Sequence record: MT713136.1
Strand: one strand, 5' to 3'
Length of the DNA stretch: 64,000 nucleotides
Under the pieces are notes generated by a model. That model was not told the origin of the DNA and ran no database searches. It saw only the letters and a list, made by a program, of their open reading frames with translations. A program made the position numbers and the translations under genes. Each line of letters starts with the position of its first letter. Position 1 is the stretch's first letter. Of the stretch, positions 8,722-17,678 are shown piece after piece.

Positions 8722-10223
8722 AGTTCTATTTCCTTAATTTGATAATCAAATTGTTCGCTTGCATATCTTTCTATACGAAGCATTGCATGTTTGTACGCAT
8801 AATTTTTATGTGCATATTTAACCGAACCCGGTTTTGAATTTTTTGTCTCGATACATAGGTTATCTACGATATCCCATAGAGTGGCTATAGTCTTCTCACC
8901 ATGTTTTCGAAGAACCCGACCAATACTCTGTAATGTGGTAACCTTAGATTTAAATGGGGAAGCGAAAATAACGTGGAATAGCTTTTTGATAGAAATACCT
9001 GTCGAGAATATACCAATAGAAGCAACGATGATCATTCCGTCGCTACCCTCTGCAATTTTCTTAAGCTGATCCCGTTCCTCTACGTTAGTATCGCCATTAG
9101 CAAAGAATACATTGTCATGTTTTTTGCTAAGGGCCTCATAAAGCTTCTTCCCATGTTCCTTATGCCTAAACAGTATCAAGGTATTCTCTTTCTTCTCTTT
9201 GGCTAATTTTAAAGCCAAACGACACACAAAAGCATTTCTCTTTGTATGTTCCTCGATATATTTAATCTCTTGTTGATATTCTATTCCTTTAGTTAATACA
9301 CAATCTTGTTTAGGATACCGCAAGAACAGGTTATTTATTTTAAGATCTGTTACTTGACCCTCTTCCATAAGTTGTTTAGTACTAACCGGCTTGAATACAT
9401 CCCCAAACAAACCAACATACGACATAATATTACATTTACCATCTTTCAAAGAACCACTCATACCCCATTTAAACGGGCACTCAGAGAGGTTTGTGATGAT
9501 ATTCTTAATTTCACTACCTACGTTGTGACATTCATCAATCAAAAGAGCCCCAAATTGGCGGAACCAATGAACTGGTTGTTTCGATGCACTTTGCCATGTA
9601 CTAACAAATACTGGTGCTGGGTGATCTTTTGTTTTACCAGCCATAATACCATGAGAAAATTCCCGTCTCATAAACTGATAATCTGCGAAATCGTCCATCA
9701 TCTGAGTAACAAGGGAGGTTGTTGGAACGATTAGCAATATTTTCCCATCATAATTAGTCATATACCAGTAACAAATAAGAGCTGCTATTAGGGATTTACC
9801 GGCAGACGTAGGAAGGTTTAAGATACCCCGGTTATTCTGAATTGCGTAATAAACCGCATCAGCCTGATACCAGTGCGCAGTAATCTTATTTCCCCCAGAA
9901 TATATATCAATATCAGCCAACCATTTATCAAACTCTTCTCTAGACGTGAAATGGTTAATAGGAGTAAAGTCTTCTTCTTTTTCAAATTCGTATTCGTTTC
10001 TAGCGCAATATTTCTCAAGGTTATTGACCAGACCATAAGGGAATTTTCCATCCGGTTGTAGGAGACGGATCCGACCATCCCAACCGCTATATTTAAACTT
10101 AGGATTAAATCTAGCACCACCTTCCGTCTCAAATGAATAATACTCTCTCAACTCCATGAAGATGTCACGTTCACACTCGATAATTGCATTACTATAGTCG
10201 TTGAATTTAACTGATACTTTCAT
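8718..10223 (-). CDS. uvsW: UvsW SF2 RNA-DNA/DNA helicase
   Basis: NPKFKYSGWDGRIRL, LPTSAGKSLI, DECH, GMSGSL, QSIGRVLRKH. Confidence 0.97.
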   Translation of the reverse strand: MKVSVKFNDYSNAIIECERDIFMELREYYSFETEGGARFNPKFKYSGWDGRIRLLQPDGKFPYGLVNNLEKYCARNEYEFEKEEDFTPINHFTSREEFDKWLADIDIYSGGNKITAHWYQADAVYYAIQNNRGILNLPTSAGKSLIAALICYWYMTNYDGKILLIVPTTSLVTQMMDDFADYQFMRREFSHGIMAGKTKDHPAPVFVSTWQSASKQPVHWFRQFGALLIDECHNVGSEIKNIITNLSECPFKWGMSGSLKDGKCNIMSYVGLFGDVFKPVSTKQLMEEGQVTDLKINNLFLRYPKQDCVLTKGIEYQQEIKYIEEHTKRNAFVCRLALKLAKEKKENTLILFRHKEHGKKLYEALSKKHDNVFFANGDTNVEERDQLKKIAEGSDGMIIVASIGIFSTGISIKKLFHVIFASPFKSKVTTLQSIGRVLRKHGEKTIATLWDIVDNLCIETKNSKPGSVKYAHKNYAYKHAMLRIERYASEQFDYQIKEIEL

Positions 10224-10401
10224 CTCGTTCTCTCTTTAAATTTTTCACATATATAATTATTTAGGGCAACACTAAATAAATGTGAGGGAATACCATTCCC
10301 TCGTGACGTAGGGAGAAAATAAAATGCTTATAAATAGTAAGCTGTTTAAAGACACCCTACCCGTCCTAACCGTTATTGTGGCGATCTGGGCCTCTATATT
10401 T

Positions 10402-10989
10402 TCATATAATGAATTTATAGCGGATTCCCGCCAAGTAGCTGCGGTATGCAACTTTTTCACCAACCACATTATTAATTTCGTCACAAATAATCTGCATGAT
10501 TTCCTCTTTGTAGGTCAACGACTGATGACCACAATACGGGATTCTAAATTTTGGTTCCAAGAATGATTCTTTACCTGATTTATACGCAATGTCAAACCCA
10601 AGACCCAAAACAAGGTCTTTTACTTTTTTCTTTCTTCCAAATTCAACATACACAGAGGAAAATCCACAACAGTCCCAATCGTGGGGATGACGCTCAAGGT
10701 AGTCCCGATGATAATCATTGATTTTCTCGATTACTTTTTCAACAAAAGAAACATCATATCCAGATTCAGGTTGTACTACTTCTGGTAATGGTTTCTTCTC
10801 TTCTTTGTCGAGACAGATCAGTTCATTCTCTTCATATGCACTGATAGTACCATTGGGCCAAGTAACCTCAACCCAAACCTCCGGATTGTAGTATGATACG
10901 ACACCAATGACACCAATCAAGTGTTGCTGGTCATCGTCGTTCATCACATTGGAATTGATCTGAACATTGCTACCTTCTTTCATAGTCAT
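10402..10989 (-). CDS. Hypothetical two-domain phage protein
   Basis: SH3-like N-terminus plus CCGF...Q....KE C-terminal domain; downstream of a sigma70-like promoter. Confidence 0.55.
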   Translation of the reverse strand: MTMKEGSNVQINSNVMNDDDQQHLIGVIGVVSYYNPEVWVEVTWPNGTISAYEENELICLDKEEKKPLPEVVQPESGYDVSFVEKVIEKINDYHRDYLERHPHDWDCCGFSSVYVEFGRKKKVKDLVLGLGFDIAYKSGKESFLEPKFRIPYCGHQSLTYKEEIMQIICDEINNVVGEKVAYRSYLAGIRYKFII

Positions 10990-11052
10990 TTCCCCTTTGT
11001 TGTTTACGAGATAGAGAATACCAGATTGTGGCTTGTTATGTCAAATACTTTA

Positions 11053-11427
11053 TTACATACCCCATTCTTTTTGAATTACGTCGTTGCAAAAATCAACTGA
11101 ATTTTCAAAATCATACATTTTGTTCATCAAATCACCAAACTTGGATTTGATAAGTTGTTCCGCCGCTTCTCGTACCCGTTGATCAAACACCTCAACGTTG
11201 TATTGTTTTTTGATTCGATTTTCCATAACTTCATACTGGTATTTCATGAAGTTTTCGTAAGACTCAACATGTTCGATCTCGATTCCGTTGATCAAGACAG
11301 TCAGTTTGAAAGGTTCATCCTTGATATCACCCTTTCGAGTGTCCCGAATCTTTTCCAAAATTTCATCGGATTGGTCAAGAAACAGATGGTTCACAACAAG
11401 GTTAGCTTCATCAAGTCCAAATTCCAT
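11053..11427 (-). CDS. Hypothetical phage protein
   Basis: 124-aa ORF with AGAGG RBS. Confidence 0.6.
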   Translation of the reverse strand: MEFGLDEANLVVNHLFLDQSDEILEKIRDTRKGDIKDEPFKLTVLINGIEIEHVESYENFMKYQYEVMENRIKKQYNVEVFDQRVREAAEQLIKSKFGDLMNKMYDFENSVDFCNDVIQKEWGM

Positions 11428-11439
11428 AATAATTTCCTC

Positions 11440-11778
11440 TTAATCACTAAGTTTACCGAACGGGATTTGTTCAACAAAAGCCCAAGCGGCATGATAAACG
11501 GTAGCACCGGGGGTTTCACTCATAAACACAGTATCAACTGGAGCCACGACACGAAACAAAGTTGGCTCTCCGCCAATCGAGCGAGCCGCCCGTCGTGCAT
11601 ATACTTTTGCCAATCCACGGTCTTTAGTAAAGAACACACGGTCAAGGTTTTTCTTACGACCTTTCTCTGAAATTGTATCAGTCATCTCAGGAGGAAGCAA
11701 CATATTACCTTTCAAACCAAGAGTACAGGAACCATGATAGAACTCAACATAATCTGGTTTGCAGTGAATAGTTGTCAT
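11440..11778 (-). CDS. Minimal ADP-ribosyltransferase-fold protein (Arr / H-Y-E-like)
   Basis: FYHGS...LLP...VFFT....A..YA...G.P.LFRV pattern of Arr-type ARTs. Confidence 0.6.
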   Translation of the reverse strand: MTTIHCKPDYVEFYHGSCTLGLKGNMLLPPEMTDTISEKGRKKNLDRVFFTKDRGLAKVYARRAARSIGGEPTLFRVVAPVDTVFMSETPGATVYHAAWAFVEQIPFGKLSD

Positions 11779-11805
11779 ATCTTCTCTCCATCAACGTTAT
11801 GACCC

Positions 11806-12174
11806 CTATTCTACACTTTCATCGTTTGGTGTCAACATGTTTTTGGAAATAAAATTTATTACCCCATCATCTGGACGTTCAAACAACCAAATGCAATTTA
11901 GATATCCCAGTGAACTGGGGTCTTCATGGTCAATGCGACCAACTGGGATTTCACTATCATATCCAAACTTACCATCACCACATACATAGAACCCACAATG
12001 GATACTGTAGACGATCCCAACGTCAATACAAGATTCCGACCAGAGTTCAACGAGTCCATCGTTATTCACGGTAATTGCGAATTTGTCGTATTTGTGTTCG
12101 TTTACTGGGAGTTGAAGGAACAAATTATCAATTACAACAGAAAGGTTAAAACTCTTATAAGGTGGTGCAAACAT
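11806..12174 (-). CDS. Hypothetical phage protein
   Basis: Co-oriented ORF; start uncertain. Confidence 0.45.
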   Translation of the reverse strand: MFAPPYKSFNLSVVIDNLFLQLPVNEHKYDKFAITVNNDGLVELWSESCIDVGIVYSIHCGFYVCGDGKFGYDSEIPVGRIDHEDPSSLGYLNCIWLFERPDDGVINFISKNMLTPNDESVE

Positions 12175-12491
12175 TTTTAGTACCCCTAAATATAAATGAG
12201 CAGTATAAGCTCTAACTTGACTGATAATAACCAAGAGGTTTTATAAAGTCAATAACATAAGGAAAATAAAATGGCAGATCCGTTGTTTGGTCATGATGGG
12301 CGTGGTGATTTTCACGGGGTTAACCTTGTTGAGATCGATAAAACCAAATTACCATTTGACAAAATATTAACAGAATCAAGCACTTTGATATCCGGACGTA
12401 TCGACCAGTTACCAATTCAGGGGAGTAGTTATTTGCTTGATATCGAATCTGAATCATGTTTTATCTCTCTCGTAAGTTCAAAACCATTATA

Positions 12492-12680
12492 TCAATCGGG
12501 AGTCTGATAATCAACTACTATTTTCATATTATATCCCGGTCGATTATGAGTTCGATCCAAATTGCCTTCAACGTATTCAAACATATTCTCGTTGAATTTC
12601 TTATCAGTATACTCTGTATAAACAGAATTTACAAACACCATGATACCAAAAACAAGAAAAATAATTTTATACTTCATCAA
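12492..12680 (-). CDS. Small membrane protein
   Basis: N-terminal hydrophobic helix; overlaps the stop of the CCA-adding gene. Confidence 0.5.
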   Translation of the reverse strand: MMKYKIIFLVFGIMVFVNSVYTEYTDKKFNENMFEYVEGNLDRTHNRPGYNMKIVVDYQTPD

Positions 12681-13659
12681 TCAATTCCTTACGACGTTGT
12701 TTGATTGCTTGACCAAGCTCTTTACCTTGAAGTTCTGGGAAGTCCTTAGCACTTACAGATCGCCACAAATCGATGTGTTCTTGACGAATCGGTTGGTGCA
12801 TCAATGCATAGTGAAGCTTCGGTGTGTCGTGAGTTGCACCAGCATAATCGAGAACTTCGAACCGAGACCCAGAAAAGTAGTACATCTCCGCTTCCATCCG
12901 TTGATATGAAGTAAGGTGTAGTTTCTCATGAACCTTCAAATAACTATCAAAATCTTCACAGTAATAGCAAAGATCTGCAATGGTGCTATCTGTATAGGTC
13001 TTTCCATCTTTACTGAGGTTCTTAACAAATTCCCTATCGAACCCAAAGAATTCTACCACGTCGAGTTCCCGAAGTATACCCATAAACACATCAACATGGC
13101 ACATATCTTCCATACACTTCATGAACTCAATGAATACCCGTTCTTTAGATACCATATCCAAAGCACCACCAACAATCATATCGGTTACTGCCTTTTCCGT
13201 TTCTGGTTCCATCTTGAATCCATATCGTCCAGTAAAACGAATTGCACGGAAAACACGAAGAGGATCATCACGAAACGCATATGGGTTTACCATACGAATC
13301 AGTTTCTTTCCAATATCTTGGATACCATGATAAGGATCGATATAAACAGAGTTTATGGGGTCATACGCGATAGCGTTTATGGTGAAATCTCGACGGTATA
13401 GGTCTTCTTCGATAGTTACATCTGGGTTGAAATCAACCTGAAAATCGTTGTACCCAATACCAGTTGATACCTCTGTACGAGCCAAGGCGATCTCTTCACC
13501 ATCATTGTCAAGGTATACTGGGAAATGAGCACCGACACACTTATAACCAAGACCTTCCATTTCTTCTTTTGTGGAACCTACAACAACCCAATCACGGTCT
13601 TTTACCGGTTTCCCCATTATTTGATCTCGAACTGCACCACCAACAAGATATTTTTCCAT
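12667..13659 (-). CDS. cca: tRNA nucleotidyltransferase (CCA-adding enzyme), short form without HD domain
   Basis: YLVGGAVRD, DRDWVVVG, EEIALARTE, EDLYRRDFTINAIA, FRDDPLRVFRAIRF, KELGQAI..RR. Confidence 0.95.
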   Translation of the reverse strand: MEKYLVGGAVRDQIMGKPVKDRDWVVVGSTKEEMEGLGYKCVGAHFPVYLDNDGEEIALARTEVSTGIGYNDFQVDFNPDVTIEEDLYRRDFTINAIAYDPINSVYIDPYHGIQDIGKKLIRMVNPYAFRDDPLRVFRAIRFTGRYGFKMEPETEKAVTDMIVGGALDMVSKERVFIEFMKCMEDMCHVDVFMGILRELDVVEFFGFDREFVKNLSKDGKTYTDSTIADLCYYCEDFDSYLKVHEKLHLTSYQRMEAEMYYFSGSRFEVLDYAGATHDTPKLHYALMHQPIRQEHIDLWRSVSAKDFPELQGKELGQAIKQRRKELIDEV

Positions 13660-13829
13660 TTTACCACTCCTTCAATGGCTTTTGTTTTAGTGTATTACAA
13701 GATTTATACAATAAATCGATCTTGTTGATGTCAACATAAATCTTGTTTGTTGTGTATGTAAAGCAACCTTTCAACTTTGCCCGCCCAACAGATTTCTGTT
13801 TGTACTTCGATGGCTCTAAATAAAGGAAT

Positions 13830-14009
13830 ATGAAAATGAAATGTATCATTTGTAAACAAAAAATTGAATCGCATCAAACCACTGTAGATACTCCCCATGG
13901 TACTCTCCATTATCAAGGGTGTTATGCATACTACAAAGATCAATTTGAAAACTCTAAACTAAACGAATCGGATTTGAGTTCTAAAATTGAAGAGGTACAA
14001 ATGCTGTAA
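13830..14009 (+). CDS. uvsY.-2: UvsY.-2 homologue (59 aa, absent from the ORF track)
   Basis: MKMKCIICKQKIESHQTTVDTPHGTLHYQGCYAYYK... matches T4 UvsY.-2; immediately upstream of uvsY. Confidence 0.85.
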   Translation: MKMKCIICKQKIESHQTTVDTPHGTLHYQGCYAYYKDQFENSKLNESDLSSKIEEVQML

Positions 14010-14425
14010 TGGATCACTCATTGGAAAGCTTACAAGCAGAATTGGAAAAAGACCTTATTATCGACCGTGGTAATATTCAAAATTCCGCTATGGACAATCC
14101 AGTAATCTATGGGAAATGGATCCGGTACAAAGCAGACCTAAGTCGTCAGCGTATTGGTATTCATTCTTCGCATGTTGTTATCCTGAAAGATAGTCTAATG
14201 CACAATACTGGGCGTGGTGATGATATATGCGAGTTCGATTTCAGTGCAACTGAATTAAAAACCATCATCCCAGCGGACGATAAAGTTCTTTTGTCATCAA
14301 AAAAACTGGATTATCTGGATCTGATGATTAAGTTTTGTGATGGTGCAATCGAATCTATCCGACAACGTGGATTTAGTATTAGAGCGATTGTTGACCACCA
14401 AGCCCTTATGGTTGGTGTAAAGTAA
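14009..14425 (+). CDS. uvsY: Recombination mediator UvsY
   Basis: LEKDLIID...NP.IYGKWIRY...HNTGRG...AIESIRQRGFSI. Confidence 0.92.
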   Translation: MDHSLESLQAELEKDLIIDRGNIQNSAMDNPVIYGKWIRYKADLSRQRIGIHSSHVVILKDSLMHNTGRGDDICEFDFSATELKTIIPADDKVLLSSKKLDYLDLMIKFCDGAIESIRQRGFSIRAIVDHQALMVGVK

Positions 14426-14428
14426 AGT

Positions 14429-14464
14429 AAAATCCCAAGTGAATCAATCACTTGGGATTTTTTG
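14429..14464 (+). terminator. Rho-independent terminator after uvsY
   Basis: AAATCCCAAGTGA-ATCAA-TCACTTGGGATTT followed by a T run. Confidence 0.85.
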
Positions 14465-14485
14465 CATTTATTTTTAAAAAATCGC

Positions 14486-14515
14486 TTGCACCAAAATCCA
14501 GTTCTGGTAATATTA
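14486..14515 (+). promoter_or_regulatory. Sigma70-like early promoter
   Basis: A-rich UP element, TTGCAC, then GGTAATATTA upstream of small ORFs. Confidence 0.6.
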
Positions 14516-14561
14516 CTCATGTCGGGACGGGTTGTCCCTCTTCTGAAAAAGGAAATGAACC

Positions 14562-14789
14562 ATGACTATGACCGCTCAAGTTTTCTTCGCTACTCGTTCT
14601 GCCGCTCGTGTCGCTTCCTTCGGTAAAATGACAGACAACGGTAAAGATTCTGCAAATCGTTGGGCTCGTTCTGTAGAGGTTACCCCTTCTCAGAAAAAAG
14701 AGACCATGACCCTGACCCGTACTGGTCGTCGTGGTCCTTCCACCCAGACCACCGTGGTTGTTAAGAAAATGAAAACCATGGTTCGCTAA
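14562..14789 (+). CDS. Small basic early protein
   Basis: AAGGA RBS; FATRSAAR...DNG...RW motif; highly-expressed-gene codon use. Confidence 0.65.
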   Translation: MTMTAQVFFATRSAARVASFGKMTDNGKDSANRWARSVEVTPSQKKETMTLTRTGRRGPSTQTTVVVKKMKTMVR

Positions 14790-14800
14790 GGAGAGATAAA

Positions 14801-15142
14801 ATGAATCACCACAATAACGATGTTTTGAAAAATGGTGAATTTGGTCAAGTGATGGAGATCCGTGAACTGACTAACCAAGTTCGAAAAGAACTTAATTGTC
14901 TTGTTCTAGAACACTCACGGGGAAAGAACCGCCAAAACTGCATCTTGGCTCTCCTTTATGATGTAGACCCAGATCTCGCCCACATGTTCTCCGCATCACG
15001 TTGTGTTCGGGTTAGTGGAGCAATCTATCAAAAAGGAAAATGTAGCGTTGGTTTCATTTCTCAGTCGGTCTATGAAACTCTGAGAGATTATGAAAAATTC
15101 CTCATGAAACCAACTGGTTATGACCCCCTGTTCGTTTTATAA
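14801..15142 (+). CDS. Hypothetical early protein
   Basis: AAGGAG RBS; followed by a terminator. Confidence 0.65.
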   Translation: MNHHNNDVLKNGEFGQVMEIRELTNQVRKELNCLVLEHSRGKNRQNCILALLYDVDPDLAHMFSASRCVRVSGAIYQKGKCSVGFISQSVYETLRDYEKFLMKPTGYDPLFVL

Positions 15143-15170
15143 AGGGGTTGCTTAATAGCAACCCCTTTTT
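15141..15170 (+). terminator. Rho-independent terminator
   Basis: AAGGGGTTGCT-TAAT-AGCAACCCCTT followed by a T run. Confidence 0.9.
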
Positions 15171-15175
15171 ATTTT

Positions 15176-15331
15176 ATGGAAGATATTCAAATGGATGACT
15201 ACTTTGATTTTGATCTAGAACGGATGCGAATCGCAGTTGAAGGAGATACAATCTATAAACCAGAAGGTATGACCGTGCGGGAGTGGTTGAATTGGTTAAA
15301 AACAGTTGACAACGAAAACAAAGAGATGTAA
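15176..15331 (+). CDS. Small hypothetical protein (51 aa)
   Basis: MEDIQMDDYFDFDLERMRIAVEG...PEGMTVREWLNW; below the ORF-track cut-off. Confidence 0.45.
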   Translation: MEDIQMDDYFDFDLERMRIAVEGDTIYKPEGMTVREWLNWLKTVDNENKEM

Positions 15332-15375
15332 CCTATAGTTGTTGCCTAAATACTGTTTTATAAAGGAATGATTTT

Positions 15376-16389
15376 ATGTCTAAGATGTTTAATGAGCTGT
15401 TTGAATCTATGACTCAAGCAGTCGCGATGAAGGCTCTTGGTTTGACTGGTAAGTTTACTGATGACCAACTAAAGGCTGCATATCGCAAGGCAGCAAAGGA
15501 TAACCACCCAGACCGTGGTGGTTCCACCGAAAAAATGCAGGCAGTAAACCAAGCTTACGAAGAACTGAAAAAATCTGGTTCTCCTGCAACCCAAGAAGCT
15601 ACATGGGCACAGCGAAAACAGAAGCAGGAAGAAGAGAAACACGTTGTAACTAACTTCGTGACCCATATGTTTGATAAGTTTTTTGATACTCAGGCTTATC
15701 TCGACTACTTCCAAAAGATGAGCGGTAAAAAGTTCACATTTGAGCGTAAAATTACCGTTGGTACTTGGGGAACTTCTTCTGTCGATTATAAATTTACGTC
15801 GGAAGACCGTACAGTTTTCTTTGATCTGAATGCAATGGCTCATGTATTTATCACCAAAGCTCTGGGTGCAGGTATTGATAAACCTGAGTTGGATAAGATG
15901 GGTGTTTTCACTGAGGTTCTGATTGACCGTAAAAAAGTAAAAATGACCCAAAGCAATTACAACCAATCCGAAACTGAAAAGTTTATGAAGGATCCGAAAA
16001 TCCTTTTCCCAGAAACCAAGCTAAAGAAAGCTTTTTCTGGTGATAAAAAGGTCAAGCCGCTCAAGAAAGCCGATTATGTTCTTTTCGTCAAAAAAGAACT
16101 TGAAGGAAAACATTTGGGTGGTGATGATTTCGCAGTTGAAATTGGTAACGGTTCTGTGATTTACTTTTCTCGTATGACGTGGATGAGGAAGGGTGTGTGG
16201 AATATCAGTGGTAGAACCGGTTCTAAAGAGCGTTGGTCTGTAACTACTCCTTTCTACGAGACAGAAACCCCGGAAAACATGGATGTGATGAAAGAACTTG
16301 TCCAGACCATGAAATCTCATAGTTCTTCTGGTGGAGCACAGATGGAAGCTCTTGTCAAGAAATTTATGTTGAAAGCTAACAAAGTTTAA
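15376..16389 (+). CDS. J-domain (DnaJ-like) protein with unknown C-terminal region
   Basis: ALGL...LKAAYRKAAKDNHPDRGGS.EKMQAVNQAYEEL; intact HPD motif. Confidence 0.9.
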   Translation: MSKMFNELFESMTQAVAMKALGLTGKFTDDQLKAAYRKAAKDNHPDRGGSTEKMQAVNQAYEELKKSGSPATQEATWAQRKQKQEEEKHVVTNFVTHMFDKFFDTQAYLDYFQKMSGKKFTFERKITVGTWGTSSVDYKFTSEDRTVFFDLNAMAHVFITKALGAGIDKPELDKMGVFTEVLIDRKKVKMTQSNYNQSETEKFMKDPKILFPETKLKKAFSGDKKVKPLKKADYVLFVKKELEGKHLGGDDFAVEIGNGSVIYFSRMTWMRKGVWNISGRTGSKERWSVTTPFYETETPENMDVMKELVQTMKSHSSSGGAQMEALVKKFMLKANKV

Positions 16390-16445
16390 AATTAAAAACC
16401 GGAGATTATAGTGTTATAATCATACCACATATGAATATAAACTGT

Positions 16446-16469
16446 AAAGCCCATCAAAAGACGGGCTTT
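16446..16469. terminator. Likely bidirectional terminator between convergent genes
   Basis: AAAGCCC...GGGCTTT hairpin between the J-domain gene and ndd. Confidence 0.65.
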
Positions 16470-16472
16470 GTT

Positions 16473-16877
16473 CTAACTTACCATTCGACCATGGATGATA
16501 AATTTGTTTCGGATCTTGCCAGTCAACTCATGACCATTATTCATCTGTCCGTATTCTTCAATCCCAAGGAGGTGTCGGGCTTGGCTATATTTAAGGAAAT
16601 ATAGTTTTACGGTTTTTCCTGTCATCAGATAATCATGAACATCTTTAGCCTGTCCGGTACGTGGTTTTCGAAGTCGGATCATGGTTTCACCAAAACCACG
16701 TTTTCGCTGTTGATTTCCAACATGAGTCATATAAACAACAGAACTAGCGGGGGCAGAAATGAAGTAAAACCCCTCTTTCGTTACATCACCAGTTTCGTTA
16801 AGGTTGATACCATCAAAGTTACCAACAACAACCGCCCCAGACTTGACAAGCTCCTTTGTAGTTAAATTCTTTTTCAT
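16473..16877 (-). CDS. ndd: Nucleoid disruption protein Ndd
   Basis: Colinear with T4 Ndd: GAVVVG, GFYF, VGNQ..K.GF, R..R. Confidence 0.8.
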   Translation of the reverse strand: MKKNLTTKELVKSGAVVVGNFDGINLNETGDVTKEGFYFISAPASSVVYMTHVGNQQRKRGFGETMIRLRKPRTGQAKDVHDYLMTGKTVKLYFLKYSQARHLLGIEEYGQMNNGHELTGKIRNKFIIHGRMVS

Positions 16878-17068
16878 TATTTCACCATATTAAAAATTAA
16901 AAACAAGACAATACCAAGACCCAATATTTTAATAAACCAACCGGTGGGGGTGATCATCATTGATTCCGGGTGATACATTTCTTCTGGTATATCTCTTTTA
17001 TTGCCATAACGGTCGTGAGTATCCATCAGCCTAGGGCCTTCATCCTCATCGTATGGTTGATATCTCAT
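16877..17068 (-). CDS. Small membrane protein
   Basis: C-terminal hydrophobic helix; coupled to ndd. Confidence 0.55.
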   Translation of the reverse strand: MRYQPYDEDEGPRLMDTHDRYGNKRDIPEEMYHPESMMITPTGWFIKILGLGIVLFLIFNMVK

Positions 17069-17313
17069 TCACCCACCCGAAAAAATTTTCCATCTCGAAC
17101 CAGTACATGATCCAAATTATAAATGATGAACCCTTTGGTTTCATATGGGGTAACAACACGATATTCAACGTCTTTGGTATCGTGATTCACATGAAAGGAA
17201 TATACCCAGTCTTTAACCTTTAATTGAAGGCTTGTATAACCAGACACAAATGGCATTACTTCCTTATAGCCTTCACTTTTCTTAATGTTTACGAAACTCT
17301 CTATAGAAACCAT
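17065..17313 (-). CDS. Hypothetical phage protein
   Basis: GAGG RBS; 4-bp overlap with the next gene. Confidence 0.6.
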   Translation of the reverse strand: MVSIESFVNIKKSEGYKEVMPFVSGYTSLQLKVKDWVYSFHVNHDTKDVEYRVVTPYETKGFIIYNLDHVLVRDGKFFRVGE

Positions 17314-17335
17314 GATTAAACCTCGTGTATGGTGT

Positions 17336-17512
17336 CTAGAATCAATTCCTACAAAGAATACATAACATTGTATGAGATAACAAGGAATTGATTCTAGGAA
17401 GATTGGTGAGCTTTAGCGAACCGGCTACGCCGTACTCGTTTCACTCGTTCTAATTATAGATCTTCTATATAAATACTTATAGGAGATCTATAATTTGATT
17501 TCAGATGATACT
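17336..17512. repeat. Dispersed structured intergenic element, copy 1 (long inverted repeat + GC mini-hairpins + AT core)
   Basis: 15-bp IR at 17336-17350/17383-17397; core TCTAATTATAGATCTTCTATATAAATACTTATAG shared with 27578-27610, 34522-34554 and 45951-45976. Confidence 0.9.
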
Positions 17513-17678
17513 AACCTAGTACCTTTTTGACAAGGGCACCATCAAACAAAAGACCTTTGGCAGCAGCAGCCTTCTTACAAGCTCCCATGACTTGACCGAT
17601 GTTAGAACCACCGACGAGCTGACCAAGTACCTCTTTGATATGTTCTTCGTCAAACACCTTCGGAAGATAGGAACTCAG
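17511..17678 (-). CDS. GatB/YqeY-domain protein, C-terminal fragment
   Basis: Reverse-strand translation LSSYLPKVFDEEHIKEVL...NIGQVMG...FDGALVKKVLG*. Confidence 0.75.
   Translation of the reverse strand: MSSYLPKVFDEEHIKEVLGQLVGGSNIGQVMGACKKAAAAKGLLFDGALVKKVLG

Noticed and set aside
346-13401. Long antisense or alternate-frame ORFs (e.g. 346-678, 7543-8325, 9306-9734, 12928-13401, 20441-21067)
   Set aside because: Shadows of well-supported genes; no RBS or motifs.
16473-16877. DenA / GIY-YIG endonuclease II
   Set aside because: Lacks the YIG..T motif; aligns much better with Ndd.
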